Part shown: piece after piece, positions 1-9,992 of the stretch
How the letters are laid out: each line of letters starts with the position of its first letter
Position numbering within the stretch: the first letter of the stretch is position 1
Assembly: GCA_050115495.1 (NCBI GenBank)
Contig: JASFQK010000015.1
Coordinates: forward strand, 1 to 64,000
DNA from: Phycisphaerae bacterium
GTDB lineage: Bacteria > Planctomycetota > Phycisphaerae > UBA1845 > Fen-1342
Length of the DNA stretch: 64,000 bases
Direction: 5' to 3'
Program-made: the position numbers and the translations under genes
Notes under the pieces: generated by a model
What the model was told of the DNA's origin: nothing
Database searches by the model: none
Seen by the model: only the letters and a program-made list of their open reading frames with translations

Positions 1-363
1 GCATCGGCGTACTCCTCTGCCCAGCGTGGGCGGCTCGGAACCAATCTTGATCCCGAGAGTACGCCGCCTTTTTTCATCCCGCCATCAACGAAATTCGGTT
101 ATAGCTCCCTCGAGGACGGCGAGACCTACTGGATCGTCGCATCCACCACGTACCCCGGCAAGCTTGCGTGGAAGCTTAATAGCACCGGTGACCGCGAACT
201 GATGGTCAGTCACCCGGCCCCCTGGAGGCCCTGGTGTGTCAGCGACGGTTACGACACGATGCCGGCTTTCCGCGTCTTTGCGACGCCGGTTCCCGAACCC
301 ACGACGCTGGCGCTGCTCGGGCTCGCTGCTCTGTTCGCGACGCGCCGTAGCCGCGCGAACTGA
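1..363 (+). CDS. PEP-CTERM protein, 5'-truncated by window edge (not in ORF track)
   Basis: Frame 1 is open from base 1 to TGA at 361-363 and reads ...LEDGETYWIVAS...AFRVFATPVPEPTTLALLGLAALFATRRSRAN*; paralogue of the next gene. Confidence 0.85.
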   Translation, partial: ASAYSSAQRGRLGTNLDPESTPPFFIPPSTKFGYSSLEDGETYWIVASTTYPGKLAWKLNSTGDRELMVSHPAPWRPWCVSDGYDTMPAFRVFATPVPEPTTLALLGLAALFATRRSRAN

Positions 364-440
364 CACAGCGGTCCCCGCGCGTTCACCCAGATACGACATG
401 ACCCAAACCACGAGCGAAGACGAAAACAAGGAGAAGGAAG

Positions 441-1085
441 ATGATTGCGAAGCTCACCATTGGCCTGACCGTGGTTCTGACGCTGGCCAGCGCAGTATCG
501 GCACAGACTGTTCTGTATGACAACTTCCCTAACGACACCTATCAGCCCCGCTCCGGCAAGCTATTCGGGCAAACCCCGATAGAGTCGGAATCCGGCCCTG
601 CTCTGACACTGCTCCCAACGCTGGGCGCGGGCGTTGACTACTACCTGAATTCCATTACGGCCCCCATCCTGCACAGAAACAGCAGCGTCGTCAACGAAGT
701 CACAATGTCCGTCTACGATACGATAGACGGAGTCCCAGGCAACCTCCTGGAAACATCGACGGTAGTTGATCTCCCTCCCTGGCACCCGACCGAACTGACG
801 GATCCTACGACGTTTACCTTCTCGGGTAGCACGGTCCTGGAGGAAGGCCGGACGTACTGGTTCATTGGTTCGTGCCCAACTGGCGCCGGCGTCGACATGG
901 TCTGGTCCTACAACGATAGCGGATACGATGGAAAATACGCCGAGCGGACCTCTTTTTCGTCCAACTGGTATGTGACCGAAACCACGGAGTTGGCGTTTCG
1001 CGTCGTAGCCACGCCCCTCCCTGAGCCCAGTTCACTCATGCTGCTTGGCCTGGGCGGCTTCGCCCTGCTGCGCCGGCGGCGCTAA
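441..1085 (+). CDS. Secreted PEP-CTERM sorting domain protein
   Basis: SD AAGGAG, signal peptide, C-terminal LPEPSSLMLLGLGGFALLRRRR. Confidence 0.9.
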   Translation: MIAKLTIGLTVVLTLASAVSAQTVLYDNFPNDTYQPRSGKLFGQTPIESESGPALTLLPTLGAGVDYYLNSITAPILHRNSSVVNEVTMSVYDTIDGVPGNLLETSTVVDLPPWHPTELTDPTTFTFSGSTVLEEGRTYWFIGSCPTGAGVDMVWSYNDSGYDGKYAERTSFSSNWYVTETTELAFRVVATPLPEPSSLMLLGLGGFALLRRRR

Positions 1086-1114
1086 CCCTCCGCTCACGAG
1101 GACCCCTCCATCTC

Positions 1115-1149
1115 CGACGCCGATTCGCCTGTCGAATCGGCGTCGTTTT
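1115..1149 (+). terminator. Intrinsic terminator
   Basis: 13-bp perfect stem CGACGCCGATTCG/CGAATCGGCGTCG followed by TTTT, between convergent genes. Confidence 0.75.
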
Positions 1150-1172
1150 ATGCGCCGCGGCCGCGTCCGAAC

Positions 1173-3134
1173 TCAAGGCGCGCGGTAGGGAGTCTCGATG
1201 GTCCGGAGCAGCTCCCCTGACTTGGCGTCGTACACTTCAAACGTCGGCGCTAAGGTGCACATGGTCCTGTGATCGTCGTTCCCGGACGCGCATATGACGC
1301 GCGCCGGCGGGCCGCCAAATGCGACTGTGCGGAAATCCCCACTGGCCCGCCGCCAGAGGAGTTCAGGTGGATCCAGTTGCCAGACGGCGAGCGAAGTGTC
1401 ATCCCACGAAGCCCCCGTCTTTCGCTCGCGTACGATGACCATCGTCCCATCGGGAGCCTCGGTGACGACGCCCTTCGCATCGTCGCCGAACGTGACCTGC
1501 CGCTGCCCATCGGAGCTGAAGTACGAGATGGTCCCTGTCTTCCCGTTTTCCACATAGACGCCCGTGTAACCTACGAACGCGAACCTCCTGTTCCCGGCTT
1601 CATCCAGGGGATAGACCGCCGACGCCACCGTGGAATTGCGTGGAGAAAACTCGATCGTCTTCTCCGTGAGTTTTGCGCGCCGCTGCCCATCGCGAGTCAC
1701 GCACTCGTCCCCGCTCAGCGTCGCCTCCCACATGACCTCCTCGGTCGCGAGTTTCACCGCCCAGACCGTTGATCCCGTACTTCCACACAACCACGTTCCA
1801 TCGGCCCCAAATCCCTTCAGCCACGGCTCGTCTCCGTAGCACGTGTACAGTGGCAGTGACAGCAGGCGCGGAGACGTGCTCTCGCCGTCCAGGGCGTACA
1901 GCTCAATGTCGGTGGCCCGCGGACCGCCGTACGTCCGGTGCAGGAGGGCCAGCCACCTGCCGTCAGGCGAAACATGAGACTGTGACTCCCAGCACGACAC
2001 GGGGCTATCGCTCGCGATATGCCCACCCCCTGCCCGCTGTCCCGAATCGATGTCGTAGACTTCGAAATCACCGTTCTCACGCACGACCACGAGGCGCGAC
2101 CCGCCAGCGTCGAAGGAGGTGATGCGCGGACTCAGGTCCTGATCGGGCTCCGTGCGGACTTCGATGCGCACCGGCGGACACTCGGTCGGGATGCTGAGGC
2201 GTTCCTCCATATCCGGCACGTAGAGGTCATACGAGCCGTCGTCCAGCAAGATGGCGACGCCGGCGCTGAGCGGGTCCGTCTCGATAGAGAAGAGCGTTTC
2301 CGTCCGTTTTCCGGGCATGAGCACGACCGGCGACGATACCGCCCACGAACCCGGACAGATGAACACCTTCGCGTCAACCGTGGGTGGCGGAGTACCATCT
2401 TCGCGCCGCACTCGCGCACGCGGCAGTTCATACGGCCGAAGCGCCACACGCTGCGTCCCCGTGTTCTTCCAGATGATGGAACCGCGAATCTCTTCCCGAG
2501 CCCTCCAGGTCGTCTTCTCCGGCTGAATCGTCACTGTCACGCGAACGTCCGGCGGCTCTTCCACGCAGAGCAACGGCAGCGTGAGCTCGACGCCGGCCGG
2601 CACCCGGTCCACATATGTGCACCGGCTGCCCCGGAACACGCACACCTGCGTAAAGGAGTGGTCCTTCAGGCTTCCCCGGCTGAAGTCGGTGGAGACGTCG
2701 GTGTTGAGGAACACCAGCTCGCTCGCTTTCAGCGCCTCGTCCTCCGTGATCGCCAGCAACTTCTCGTTGAGATCGCAGTACCAGGCATACCAGCGTGCCG
2801 CCGGATCGGCCGGCGCCGACGTCACGTGCTCGGCGACCAGCCGCGACGCGTTTTCCTCATCGAAGTTGACACGCCACGTCAGGAGCGGTCGCGAGAAGTG
2901 TGCTTTGATCTCCAGGACGCCCTCGACTTCCAGCGGCTCGACCCGCGCCTGGAGGCGTTCGACGAACGTGGGCGGCGCAGCCTCCTGCGTCGTCGCCTGC
3001 CCCTCAGCCTGTCCGAGAGCCAGCAGCGCCCCCAGACACACCGTCACCAGGACAGCCAGACCGCTCCGCGACACATTGCACAGCAACATAATGAACCCTC
3101 CGCACGTGCAACCATGATCTATCTCGGCAGCCAC
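1173..3134 (-). CDS. Secreted hypothetical protein with C-terminal WD40/beta-propeller-like region (start uncertain)
   Basis: Signal peptide-like N-terminus; blade-like motifs SPDGRWLA, FGADGTWL, APDGTMV, EVYDAKSGELL. Confidence 0.65.
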   Translation of the reverse strand: MAAEIDHGCTCGGFIMLLCNVSRSGLAVLVTVCLGALLALGQAEGQATTQEAAPPTFVERLQARVEPLEVEGVLEIKAHFSRPLLTWRVNFDEENASRLVAEHVTSAPADPAARWYAWYCDLNEKLLAITEDEALKASELVFLNTDVSTDFSRGSLKDHSFTQVCVFRGSRCTYVDRVPAGVELTLPLLCVEEPPDVRVTVTIQPEKTTWRAREEIRGSIIWKNTGTQRVALRPYELPRARVRREDGTPPPTVDAKVFICPGSWAVSSPVVLMPGKRTETLFSIETDPLSAGVAILLDDGSYDLYVPDMEERLSIPTECPPVRIEVRTEPDQDLSPRITSFDAGGSRLVVVRENGDFEVYDIDSGQRAGGGHIASDSPVSCWESQSHVSPDGRWLALLHRTYGGPRATDIELYALDGESTSPRLLSLPLYTCYGDEPWLKGFGADGTWLCGSTGSTVWAVKLATEEVMWEATLSGDECVTRDGQRRAKLTEKTIEFSPRNSTVASAVYPLDEAGNRRFAFVGYTGVYVENGKTGTISYFSSDGQRQVTFGDDAKGVVTEAPDGTMVIVRERKTGASWDDTSLAVWQLDPPELLWRRASGDFRTVAFGGPPARVICASGNDDHRTMCTLAPTFEVYDAKSGELLRTIETPYRAP

Positions 3135-3360
3135 CCTATCACATACATTCTACAGACTGCCATCGGCACACGTAGTCAACCGCGCCCGAAATGTCGTGGA
3201 TATCGTAGGCAGCCCCCCATTGCCCGGTCGCCGGGACCGTCCGAACCAACCCATGCCGCCGGCGTACTCACAGGTGAGATACGCGTGGTCTGCCACACTC
3301 GCCACCCCGTGACGCACGCCGCCGTCCAACGGGGCCGTCTCACGGGCACTGGAGTCGCCG

Positions 3361-4935
3361 ATGGCCCCGTGGTTCCCGCGTGATATGCGCGTCGCGCCCC
3401 GACTGCGCCCCGATGTTCCGCAGTCGCCGCCCGCCGCCCGCGACGTGCTGCTGCTGATGCCGTTCTACCCGAAGGACCCGCACGGCAGCTTCGGCAAACA
3501 CGTGCTCACGCCGTCGCTGGCCCTGACGGCCCTCGCCGCCGCCACGCCGCCCGACTGGCACGTTCGGTATTGGGACGAGAACCTGCTCCAGGGTCCGCCG
3601 CCGGCGCGGCCCATGCCGCAGGTCGTGGGCATCACCGTGCACCTGACCTTCGCCCGCCGGGCGTACGAGCTCGCCACCTGGTATCGGCGGGGCGGGGCCC
3701 GCGTCGTCCTCGGCGGCCCGCATGTGTCCTCCTGTCCGGACGAGGCCGCCCCGCACGCCGACGCGATCGTCGTCGGCGACGGCGTGCAGGTCTGGCCGCA
3801 GGTTCTGCGCGACGTCGCCGCCGGCGGGTTGCAGCCGGTCTACCGCGGCGACTATCGGCGGTCGTACCGGGACCAGCCGCCGCCGCGTCGCGACGTCCTG
3901 CCACGGGGGCAGTTCCTCACGACGACCAGCCTCATCGCCACTAGAGGTTGCCACAATCGCTGTGAATTCTGCTATCTGTCGACCACCGGCCTGCACATGC
4001 CCTACCAGCGGCGGGACGTGGAGCAGGTCGTCGCCGAGTTCGTCTCCGACGGACAGTCCTACGGCGTGTTCACCGACAACAACCTGGGCTCGGATCGCGC
4101 GTACTTACACAGCCTGTGTCGCGCCCTGCGCCCGTTAGAGCGAATCTGGAGCGCCGCCGTCTCGCTCGACGTCACCGACGAACCGGCCCTCGTTCGCGAG
4201 ATGGCTCTCGCCGGCTGCACCGGCGTGTTCGTCGGTCTGGAGACGCTCCGCGACGAGAACCTGCATGCGGCGGGCAAACGCGGCGTGAGTGCGGCCGAAT
4301 ACGCCCGGCGGGTGCGGATCTTCCACGATTGCGGCATCCACGTGAACGGCAGCTTCGTCTTCGGCTTCGACCACGATACGCCCGACGTTTTCGCCCAGAC
4401 GGTGAGCTGGATCGAGGAGAATCGCCTCGAATGCGCCACGTTCCACATCCTCACGCCCTATCCCGGCACGCCGCTCTTCCGCCGACTGGAGCGTGAGGGC
4501 CGCCTGCTGCACCGTGACTGGGACGTGTACGACACCGCTCACGCCGTCTTCCGTCCGCGGCACATGTCACCGGCGGAGCTCGAGGAAGGCTACGCGTAGT
4601 GCTATCGGCGGCTGTTCTCGCCGGCGTCGATCTGGCGGCGGCGGCCGCGCGACCTGGGAGCCCTGCTCCCCTATCTGGCAATGAGCTGCCTGTACAAGAA
4701 GTCGAACTTCCTGTGGCACGTGCTGATCCGGCACGGCCTGACGGCGGCGGTCTGGCGTCCGCTCGTGGAATCCAGCCGCCGCCGCCACCTGCGCCTCCGC
4801 CGGCGACTGGCCACGGCGAACGCCCCCCTCTCCCGACCCTCCCCGCCGCCGGCGTGTAGCCCTAGCCGGTGTTGGCCAGATTCGGTTACATTGCCGGTTG
4901 GTTCAACGGCACAGAGGAGGTGTGCGGCGTGCTGA
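3361..4935 (+). pseudogene. B12-binding radical SAM protein interrupted by in-frame TAG at 4597-4599
   Basis: CxxxCxxC (RGCHNRCEFC), LGGPHV and TPYPGT motifs; the same frame continues after the stop as GYA*CYRRLFSPASIWRRRP...LYKKSN to 4935. Confidence 0.75.
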
Positions 4936-6212
4936 CGCGCATTGAAGCCCTGAACTACCGCTCGTTGCGGTACGTATCGCAGCGTGTTTCACCGTTCCAG
5001 ACGCTGGTGGGGCCGAACGGATCGGGCAAGAGCACGTTTCTCGACGTCGTGGGTTTTCTCGGCGATATGCTGCGCGTCGGGCCGCTGAAGGCGATAGCCG
5101 GTGACGGCCTGACGGTTCCCCAACGAGCCGCCGACCCGATGCACTTGTGCTGGATGCGGGAGGGGGCGTCGTTCGAACTGGCCGTGGAGATGGAGATCCC
5201 CGAGGAGCGCCTCGCGCGACTCCCCAATGGCAAGAAGAAGCGGGCGCGCTACGAAGTCCGTGTTGACGTCGGCGGCGAGAGTACGGAAGTCCGCCTCGGC
5301 ATCGAGACGTTCTGGCTGATCCCGGTCGACGGACCTCCAGCGACTGATGTCTCGCGCGACGTGTTTCCTCAGATGATAACGGCACTCGGATCCATCGTCC
5401 GCGCTCCCGGCACGCGGGCACCTGGGAGATGGAACAAGGTCGTGGCCAAAAACGCCGAGGCTGGCACGGACAGCTTCCAGGCGGAGACCGGCGGTTGGCA
5501 CAACCGCTTCCGCCTCGGCCCAGGAAAATCGGCGCTTGCCAATCTGCCGGAAGACGAAGAGAAATTCCCGGTGGCGACGTGGGCCAAACGCGTGCTGATG
5601 GAAGGCGTGCGCGCCGTCGTGCTTAGCGCCGAGGCCATGCGCCGGCCCAGCCCCCCCGGCTCGCCCGCGACGTTTCTTCCGGACGGATCGAACCTCCCCT
5701 GGGTTGTGCAGGCGCTTCGTGAGAAAGCTCCGGCGCAATTCGACCGCTGGATTATGCATTGCCAGACTGCCATACCAGATATTAAGACGGTAAAAACCGT
5801 TACACGGCCGGAAGACAATCACCGCTACCTCGTCGTGGAGTACCAGAACGGGCTGAACGCTCCCTCCTGGGTGGTCTCTGACGGCACACTGCGGATGCTC
5901 GCATTAACGCTACTGGCGTACATCCCGGACGCGGGAGGCGTATACTTGATCGAAGAGCCCGAGAACGACATTCATCCCCGGGCCATTGAGACCGTGTACC
6001 AGTCGTTATCGTCCGTGTACGGCGCGCAGGTGCTCTGTGCTTCGCATGCGCCGGTCGTGCTCGGCCTCGCCCGGCCGGCCGACATCCTCTGCTTCGCCAA
6101 GGATGAGTGGGGGGCGACCGACATCGTGCGCGGCGACGAACACCCACGGCTGAAGGACTGGCGAGGAGGCACCGACCTCGGAACGCTCTTCGCCGCCGGG
6201 GTGCTCGGATGA
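4929..6212 (+). CDS. ABC-type/AAA ATPase (AAA_21-like; MADS Mad3-like)
   Basis: SD AGGAGG 4915-4920 then GTG; Walker A GPNGSGKS, signature SDGTLR, Walker B/D-loop LIEEPENDIHP, H-loop ASHAP. Confidence 0.85.
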   Translation: MLTRIEALNYRSLRYVSQRVSPFQTLVGPNGSGKSTFLDVVGFLGDMLRVGPLKAIAGDGLTVPQRAADPMHLCWMREGASFELAVEMEIPEERLARLPNGKKKRARYEVRVDVGGESTEVRLGIETFWLIPVDGPPATDVSRDVFPQMITALGSIVRAPGTRAPGRWNKVVAKNAEAGTDSFQAETGGWHNRFRLGPGKSALANLPEDEEKFPVATWAKRVLMEGVRAVVLSAEAMRRPSPPGSPATFLPDGSNLPWVVQALREKAPAQFDRWIMHCQTAIPDIKTVKTVTRPEDNHRYLVVEYQNGLNAPSWVVSDGTLRMLALTLLAYIPDAGGVYLIEEPENDIHPRAIETVYQSLSSVYGAQVLCASHAPVVLGLARPADILCFAKDEWGATDIVRGDEHPRLKDWRGGTDLGTLFAAGVLG

Positions 6213-6835
6213 AGTGGGACTTGGTCGTCCTTGTTCCGGACAAGAACATCGAGTACGCCGTGCGCGGTCTGCTTAACCGTGCCAAGAGCATCGGCATCCG
6301 ACCGATCACGGTCGCCCCGATCCTCGTTCACCCGGGGCGAGATCCGGGCGTGTACGCGGCGGCTCGTGACCTTCTGCAGCCGTTCGTCCGAGATACTGAC
6401 CATGCCTTGATCGTCTTCGATCGCGCCTGGGACGGTGCGCCGAGTTCCGACCCGACCGCGCTCGCCGAGCACGTGGAGCGGCAGTGCGCCCCGGATTGGA
6501 GCGATCGTGTCCGCTGCGTCTGCATCGACCCCGAGATCGAAATCTGGGTGTGGAGCAACTCGCCGCACGTCGCCAGGGTGCTCGACTGGAGCAGCAACGA
6601 GGAGTTGGCAACCTGGCTTCGCCGCCGCGGGCTCTGGCCCGCCGGCGCAGCGAAGCCACCTGATCCCAAGAAGGCGTTCCAGGAAGCGCTGCACGAAAAG
6701 CAGCTCGTCCTGTCTTCGGCCATCTTTCGAGAGCTGGCTCGCCAAGTCGGCATCAACCGCTGCCAGGACCCGTCGTTTCTTCGGCTGCTTGGGATTCTGC
6801 GCGAGTGGTTTCCCGCGTCCGGGCCCCGCTCGTAA
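6209..6835 (+). CDS. TOPRIM/DUF4276-like partner protein (MADS Mad4-like)
   Basis: ATGA overlap with the ATPase stop; motifs DLVVLVPDKNIE, HPGRDPG, LIVFDR, IDPEIEIWVW, KPPDPK, CQDPSF. Confidence 0.7.
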   Translation: MKWDLVVLVPDKNIEYAVRGLLNRAKSIGIRPITVAPILVHPGRDPGVYAAARDLLQPFVRDTDHALIVFDRAWDGAPSSDPTALAEHVERQCAPDWSDRVRCVCIDPEIEIWVWSNSPHVARVLDWSSNEELATWLRRRGLWPAGAAKPPDPKKAFQEALHEKQLVLSSAIFRELARQVGINRCQDPSFLRLLGILREWFPASGPRS

Positions 6836-6923
6836 GCCCCCTTGTCTTCGGACCCTCCTGCCCCTTTTTCGCCCAGAATCCCGTCTGGCATCGTCGGGCT
6901 GCGGGATCCAACTCGCGCGTCTC

Positions 6924-6952
6924 TTGCCTCGCCCCGTCGTAAGTACTACACT
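6924..6952 (+). promoter_or_regulatory. sigma70-type promoter for FG-GAP gene
   Basis: TTGCCT-N17-TACACT. Confidence 0.5.
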
Positions 6953-7061
6953 ACAGCTTGAGCCTGATGGGGCGGACTTGGCAATTCGCACGAGGCCGAC
7001 CGCGAGTGCGGTCAACCCCCCAGACAGGCCTGACCCAGCGCCTACACGAAGGAGACTCAGC

Positions 7062-8405
7062 ATGAACTGCGCGTTGAGCGACAGTCTGTCCCTGTCTCTG
7101 CGCGGCGCTGCACGCCGCCTGCCGCCTCGCATCGGCGCCGCCCGGGCCGCGGCGGTTCTGATCATGCTGGCCGTACCGGCGATGGGCCTGGCTGACGCCA
7201 TCTTCGCGGATCCGGCCACCTACAACGTCGGCATCGCTCCCTGGTCCGTAGCCATAGACGATCTGAACCGCGACGGCTGCCCGGACCTGGCGGTGGCCAA
7301 CAACGAGAGCGACACCATCGGGCTCCTGTTGAATCAGGGCGACGGTACGTTCGGATCACAAACTTCGTTTCTCGCGGGCGACGGGCCGGTGTGCGTGGTC
7401 AGCGCGGACCTCGACGGCGATTCGCTCTCGGATCTCGCCGTCGCCAACTGGCGCAACAACAGAGTTTCCATCCTGATGAACCTGGGAGGCACGTTCGCGC
7501 CCCAGGACACCTACGTGGTTCCCTCGGCACCCTGGGCGCTAGTCCTCGCCGACCTCGACAACGACCAGGCCCCGGACGTGGCCGTGACGAGCTATGACAC
7601 CGCCAAGGTATCTGTGCGGTTCAACAACGGCGATGGCACATTCAGAACGGGCGACAGCTATGGCGTCGGTGCCAATCCCTACGGCGTCGCCAGCGCCGAT
7701 CTCAACGGCGATACCTACCGTGACCTCGTCGTGGCGAACTTCGGCTCGAACACCGTCTCGGTCCTGCTCAACAACGGCGACGGTACGTTTGGCATGCAAA
7801 CCACCTACGCCGTCGGCAGCGGGCCGGTCTCGGTCGCCGTCGTCGACCTGGACGACGACGACGATGTGGACGTGGCTACCGCGAACTTCTTCGGCGGCGC
7901 GTCGGTCCTGATCAATAACGGTGACGGCACGTTCGCGCTGCGCGAGACGTACACGACCGGCACACAGCCCTTCTCCGTCGCCCTGGCCGATGTCGACGGC
8001 GACAACGCGGTGGACATGGCGGTCGCGAACTACGGCGCCCACACCATTTCCGTCCTACTCAACGACGGCAACGGCCGGTTCGTTCTCGAAACCAACTACG
8101 CCACGGGCAGGTTCCCGACATCCGTCACCCTCAAGGACGTGGACAACGACGGCGATGCCGACATGGCGGTGACGAACGCCGAACCGGAGGTTGTTTCCGT
8201 CTACCTGAACCAGTCCGCGTTTGTGCCCGGTGATCTGGACGGCGACGGCGACGTCGATGTGAACGACTTCACGCTGTTCGCCGGGTACCTGGCCGGTCCC
8301 GACGTCCCCTGCGGCGGCGGCTGCACGGGCGCCGATCTGGATACCGACGGGGACGTCGACCACGAAGACTTCGCCCTATTCCAGCCCCTGCTGATCGGAA
8401 ACTAG
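7062..8405 (+). CDS. FG-GAP/VCBS repeat beta-propeller with C-terminal dockerin-like domain
   Basis: SD AAGGAG; about 7 repeats of (A)DLxGDxxxDLAVAN...VLLNNGDGTF; terminal GDLDGDGDVD...ADLDTDGDVD. Confidence 0.9.
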   Translation: MNCALSDSLSLSLRGAARRLPPRIGAARAAAVLIMLAVPAMGLADAIFADPATYNVGIAPWSVAIDDLNRDGCPDLAVANNESDTIGLLLNQGDGTFGSQTSFLAGDGPVCVVSADLDGDSLSDLAVANWRNNRVSILMNLGGTFAPQDTYVVPSAPWALVLADLDNDQAPDVAVTSYDTAKVSVRFNNGDGTFRTGDSYGVGANPYGVASADLNGDTYRDLVVANFGSNTVSVLLNNGDGTFGMQTTYAVGSGPVSVAVVDLDDDDDVDVATANFFGGASVLINNGDGTFALRETYTTGTQPFSVALADVDGDNAVDMAVANYGAHTISVLLNDGNGRFVLETNYATGRFPTSVTLKDVDNDGDADMAVTNAEPEVVSVYLNQSAFVPGDLDGDGDVDVNDFTLFAGYLAGPDVPCGGGCTGADLDTDGDVDHEDFALFQPLLIGN

Positions 8406-8551
8406 CCCCGAGCCGCAGATTCCAGCGTCCTCGAACGACGCGCGCCGCCCGCAGATCCCGCGGGCTGGCGCGCGCCGGGGACATACTCCGCCGCGAGCGT
8501 CCCGTTCAGGGAAACTCCCCTCCTGTTAAGATGCCGGGTCGGCACCAGGGG

Positions 8552-8669
8552 AAAGTGCGCCATCCGAGCACAAAAGTGCCTACATGTCAGCAAAAGTGGT
8601 TTCTGGAAACTACTCGGGCTAGTTTCCAGGCAATTTCTCTTGACTTTGCGCCGGCCCGCGCGTTAATTT
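8552..8669 (+). promoter_or_regulatory. Promoter with operator-like palindrome and phased direct repeats
   Basis: AAAGTG at 8552/8573/8593; CTGGAAACTA-N7-TAGTTTCCAG at 8603-8629; TTGACT at 8640-8645 and TTAATT/TAATTT at 8663-8669. Confidence 0.6.
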
Positions 8670-8687
8670 CGGGTATCAGGAGTAACA

Positions 8688-9929
8688 ATGCCGACTACGC
8701 GACCCGAATCGCTCGAGACCGAAGCCACTCGCGCCCTCCTCCGCTTGCGACGCGCGTTCGGGGCCCTGATTGACGCTTCTCCCGGGGCCGGAACGCGTCC
8801 GCATGAGATCCAGAAACGGCTGGGCATCGACAAGAAACTGGCTTGGCGTATCGGCAAAGTCATTCACGAGCCGGACGTCCTGTCGGCAGCCCAATACGTA
8901 CCCGGCGCGGCGGCCGCAGCCATCTTCCTGGCGGCGGCCGCCCGCAAGGGCATCTCGCCTGACCTGCTGGGAGCCGCCCGCGCCGCCATCGACGGGTTCG
9001 ACCAGGTCGTCGACGCCCACGCCGGCGAACGCGCCGCCCTCGACATGATGCTCGCCGCCGCCTCACCGAAGTCGAGAGCCGACGCCGCCTACGCGCACCA
9101 GAAAACCGCGTTCTCCGCGAACAGCTTCATCTGGGGCGTCCAGGCCCGCCTGCAAATGAGCGTGATCTTCGTGTTCCCGGCGGAGGATCCCGCCCGGGCA
9201 CACATCGCGGCCGTTCGGGGTTTCGTCGATCTTCGCCGGATCAGGCCGAACGTCCCCTGGGTCATCGGACGTGTGCGCTGCGTGGACGATGACGGGCAGA
9301 TGCGGGCCGGCATGCAGTTGGAGCCGATCGACCCTCAACCGGCACGGGCCGACGGTCTGCCGCCGGTGCCCCTGCTACGCGAATTCTGCGTGCCGCCGTC
9401 GCCGGAGATGCGACGTGTGCGCGGCCCGGAGCTGTATATCGAGGACGAGCTGGTCGAGGCCCCGGTGGGCAACCGGGGAGCGGTGACGTGTCTGACGGGC
9501 GAACTGGCCCGCAGTGTGGTGGCCCGCGATGCAGATGAGCACAACCGGTACGGCTCAGTGAACGTGCGTGTCCGAACGCCGGTCGAGACGGTGCTGCTGG
9601 ATACGTTCATCCACAAGGATGTGCTGACCGTCGGCAAACCGGAGCTAGTCGTCCGTAGCGATCTGGCCAGCTCGGGATTCGGGGTCATGCGGTGGGACCG
9701 AGACCGGTTGGATCCGGGGGGAGACGTGCACCATCTGGGGCGAGATCCAGCGGCGGCGTATACGCCGCTGATGGGACGCTACGCCGACATGGTTTCGTAC
9801 GTCTTCGGGAAGCTGGGCCAGGAGCAGACAGAGTTCGACCTGTATCGAGTGTGCCTGCCCTATCCCGTCATGCCCTCCTCAGCCGCGCTTCAGTGGGAAT
9901 TGCCGAAGATGAGGTCAACTGGTGGGTGA
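8688..9929 (+). CDS. Uncharacterised protein with predicted N-terminal HTH (putative regulator, paralogue A)
   Basis: SD AGGAG; HTH-like PHEIQKRLGIDKKLAWRI; alignable end to end with 18460-19740. Confidence 0.75.
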   Translation: MPTTRPESLETEATRALLRLRRAFGALIDASPGAGTRPHEIQKRLGIDKKLAWRIGKVIHEPDVLSAAQYVPGAAAAAIFLAAAARKGISPDLLGAARAAIDGFDQVVDAHAGERAALDMMLAAASPKSRADAAYAHQKTAFSANSFIWGVQARLQMSVIFVFPAEDPARAHIAAVRGFVDLRRIRPNVPWVIGRVRCVDDDGQMRAGMQLEPIDPQPARADGLPPVPLLREFCVPPSPEMRRVRGPELYIEDELVEAPVGNRGAVTCLTGELARSVVARDADEHNRYGSVNVRVRTPVETVLLDTFIHKDVLTVGKPELVVRSDLASSGFGVMRWDRDRLDPGGDVHHLGRDPAAAYTPLMGRYADMVSYVFGKLGQEQTEFDLYRVCLPYPVMPSSAALQWELPKMRSTGG

Positions 9930-9992
9930 CGTCGTCCGGTGCGGTGCCGGGCGAGCCGCTCATGCGTGCGTACTGGATCGAGGAGAATGGAA

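Noticed and set aside
85..520. ORF-track calls 85-429(-) and 236-520(+)
   Set aside because: They overlap the real frame-1 PEP-CTERM gene end at 1-363.
2019..3383. 454-aa plus-strand ORF, and similar long antisense ORFs (e.g. 16367-18037, 45085-46887, 48061-50178, 52279-54033, 55485-57254)
   Set aside because: These are shadow ORFs opposite well-supported genes in high-GC DNA and have no motifs.
4597..4599. Pyrrolysine or stop-codon reassignment
   Set aside because: TAG is the genuine stop of conserved genes here (pdhB, lpdA, clpP, rpsI), and no pyl genes are visible.
6435..7061. N-terminal 209 aa of the 656-aa ORF call
   Set aside because: It overlaps the Mad4-like gene; promoter, SD and signal peptide support a start at 7062.
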